Below are positions 63,082 through 64,000 of a DNA stretch of 64,000 nt, in pieces. The stretch is taken from the NCBI GenBank assembly GCA_002633005.1, contig NMRA01000144.1:546248-610247 (forward strand), read 5' to 3'. A model generated the notes under the pieces. It saw nothing but the letters and a program-made list of their open reading frames with translations. It was not told the origin of the DNA and did not search any database. The position numbers and the translations under genes were made by a program. The stretch's first letter is position 1; each line of letters starts with the position of its first letter. Source of the stretch: Phoronis australis (taxonomy: Eukaryota > Animalia > Phoronida).

Positions 63082-64000
63082 GAAGGAAGCTACGTGATCA
63101 CGTGCTGTGCTTGTCACTTGGGGATGTCTCGCGAAGTCTTGAGAGGTCTTGCAGGCACACAATTTTAGGGTGTGTCGAAAAATCGGAAACAATTAATTGC
63201 CAATCAAATGCTCAATGTGAGCGCGTGCATATGGCTTCTTCATTCACCGCCTTTCAACAAACCACCACTTGTGATCTAGCTAGCGGCGGTGTCACCAGGG
63301 ATGCGAGGGAGAGGGGGACCTGCAATGACTGAATCAACAACGAAAGACCCGGCAATGAAAGCGTTGAACAAGAGTAAAGGCAGTACGAAGGTGGTCGAAA
63401 AGTAGAATGCTCTGCGGCTATTGCGGGGGGAATGGGCGTGGTAACGAACAGCGAACTTGCCAAGCTTTTATGATGTAACAAATTTCACTAGTTAAAAACA
63501 ATGAGTTACTGATAGCTCGGCCCTACTCTTTCGTCTCCCACCAGCCATTCCCCATCCCAGTGTCAGTTGCACCACCATGACAGGCGCAGCATGATCGCTA
63601 AATGTATGATAAACATGCGATCATCAGTGGAGTGTAGAATTACAAATTCTTGAGAAAGTACGATACGGGGATTTGCCTCTACACATGCTTGATGCAGAGT
63701 TCGACGCCGCGTTTGTTTATGTTCGTTGCATTCTGGGAAATATAGGTCACGTGGCACTCTTCGTAAGAATATTTATTAGCCGTGATGGCAAGACCGCCTA
63801 CTTTTGTCAAAGTTATTACTTGGCGAAATATTTTTTTTTCTGTTAATTAAAAATAGACTTGTTTGCTGAAAATTTCTTAATAACTCGTAAATTAGTCTCT
63901 GTTTTTTATTACAAACAATTGAAAACCAGTCAAAAATGGTAAAAGAGGGATTTACCAACATAGGGAGATTTATAAAGGCGATGAGACAAAAGTTCCGATT

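Noticed and set aside
63780-64000. Possible L1/Tx1 ORF2 relic
   Set aside because: Only a vague W..GI..I.D resemblance across stops; insufficient support.

Overview
AT-rich eukaryotic genomic DNA, most likely from an invertebrate animal (spliced genes, dense DNA-transposon relics, no prokaryotic gene organisation). Host genes: (i) a complete four-exon + strand gene for a rolling stone-like multi-pass membrane protein (17380-17538, 25284-25602, 35061-35197, 36190-36747; all intron phases join, about 390 aa); (ii) a terminal exon resembling an ML/NPC2-type lipid-binding domain (468-617); (iii) two 5' exons of a small secreted protein (6527-7741). Most of the rest is non-autonomous DNA transposons. 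There are several TTAA-flanked Kolobok-type elements that keep only the 5' ends of a THAP transposase gene and a convergent KolX (P2X7-ballast-like Cys-rich) gene, a P-superfamily element with a spliced THAP relic and 7-bp TSD, Tc2/pogo-like TA-flanked elements that twice carry a HIRAN-domain relic, and a hAT-like MITE group with 5-6 bp TSDs. There are also Academ-, Harbinger- and Helentron-like pieces, LINE scraps, and a multi-level nest at 38.4-53.3 kb. All assignments were made by eye without database searches; coordinates of degraded elements are approximate.
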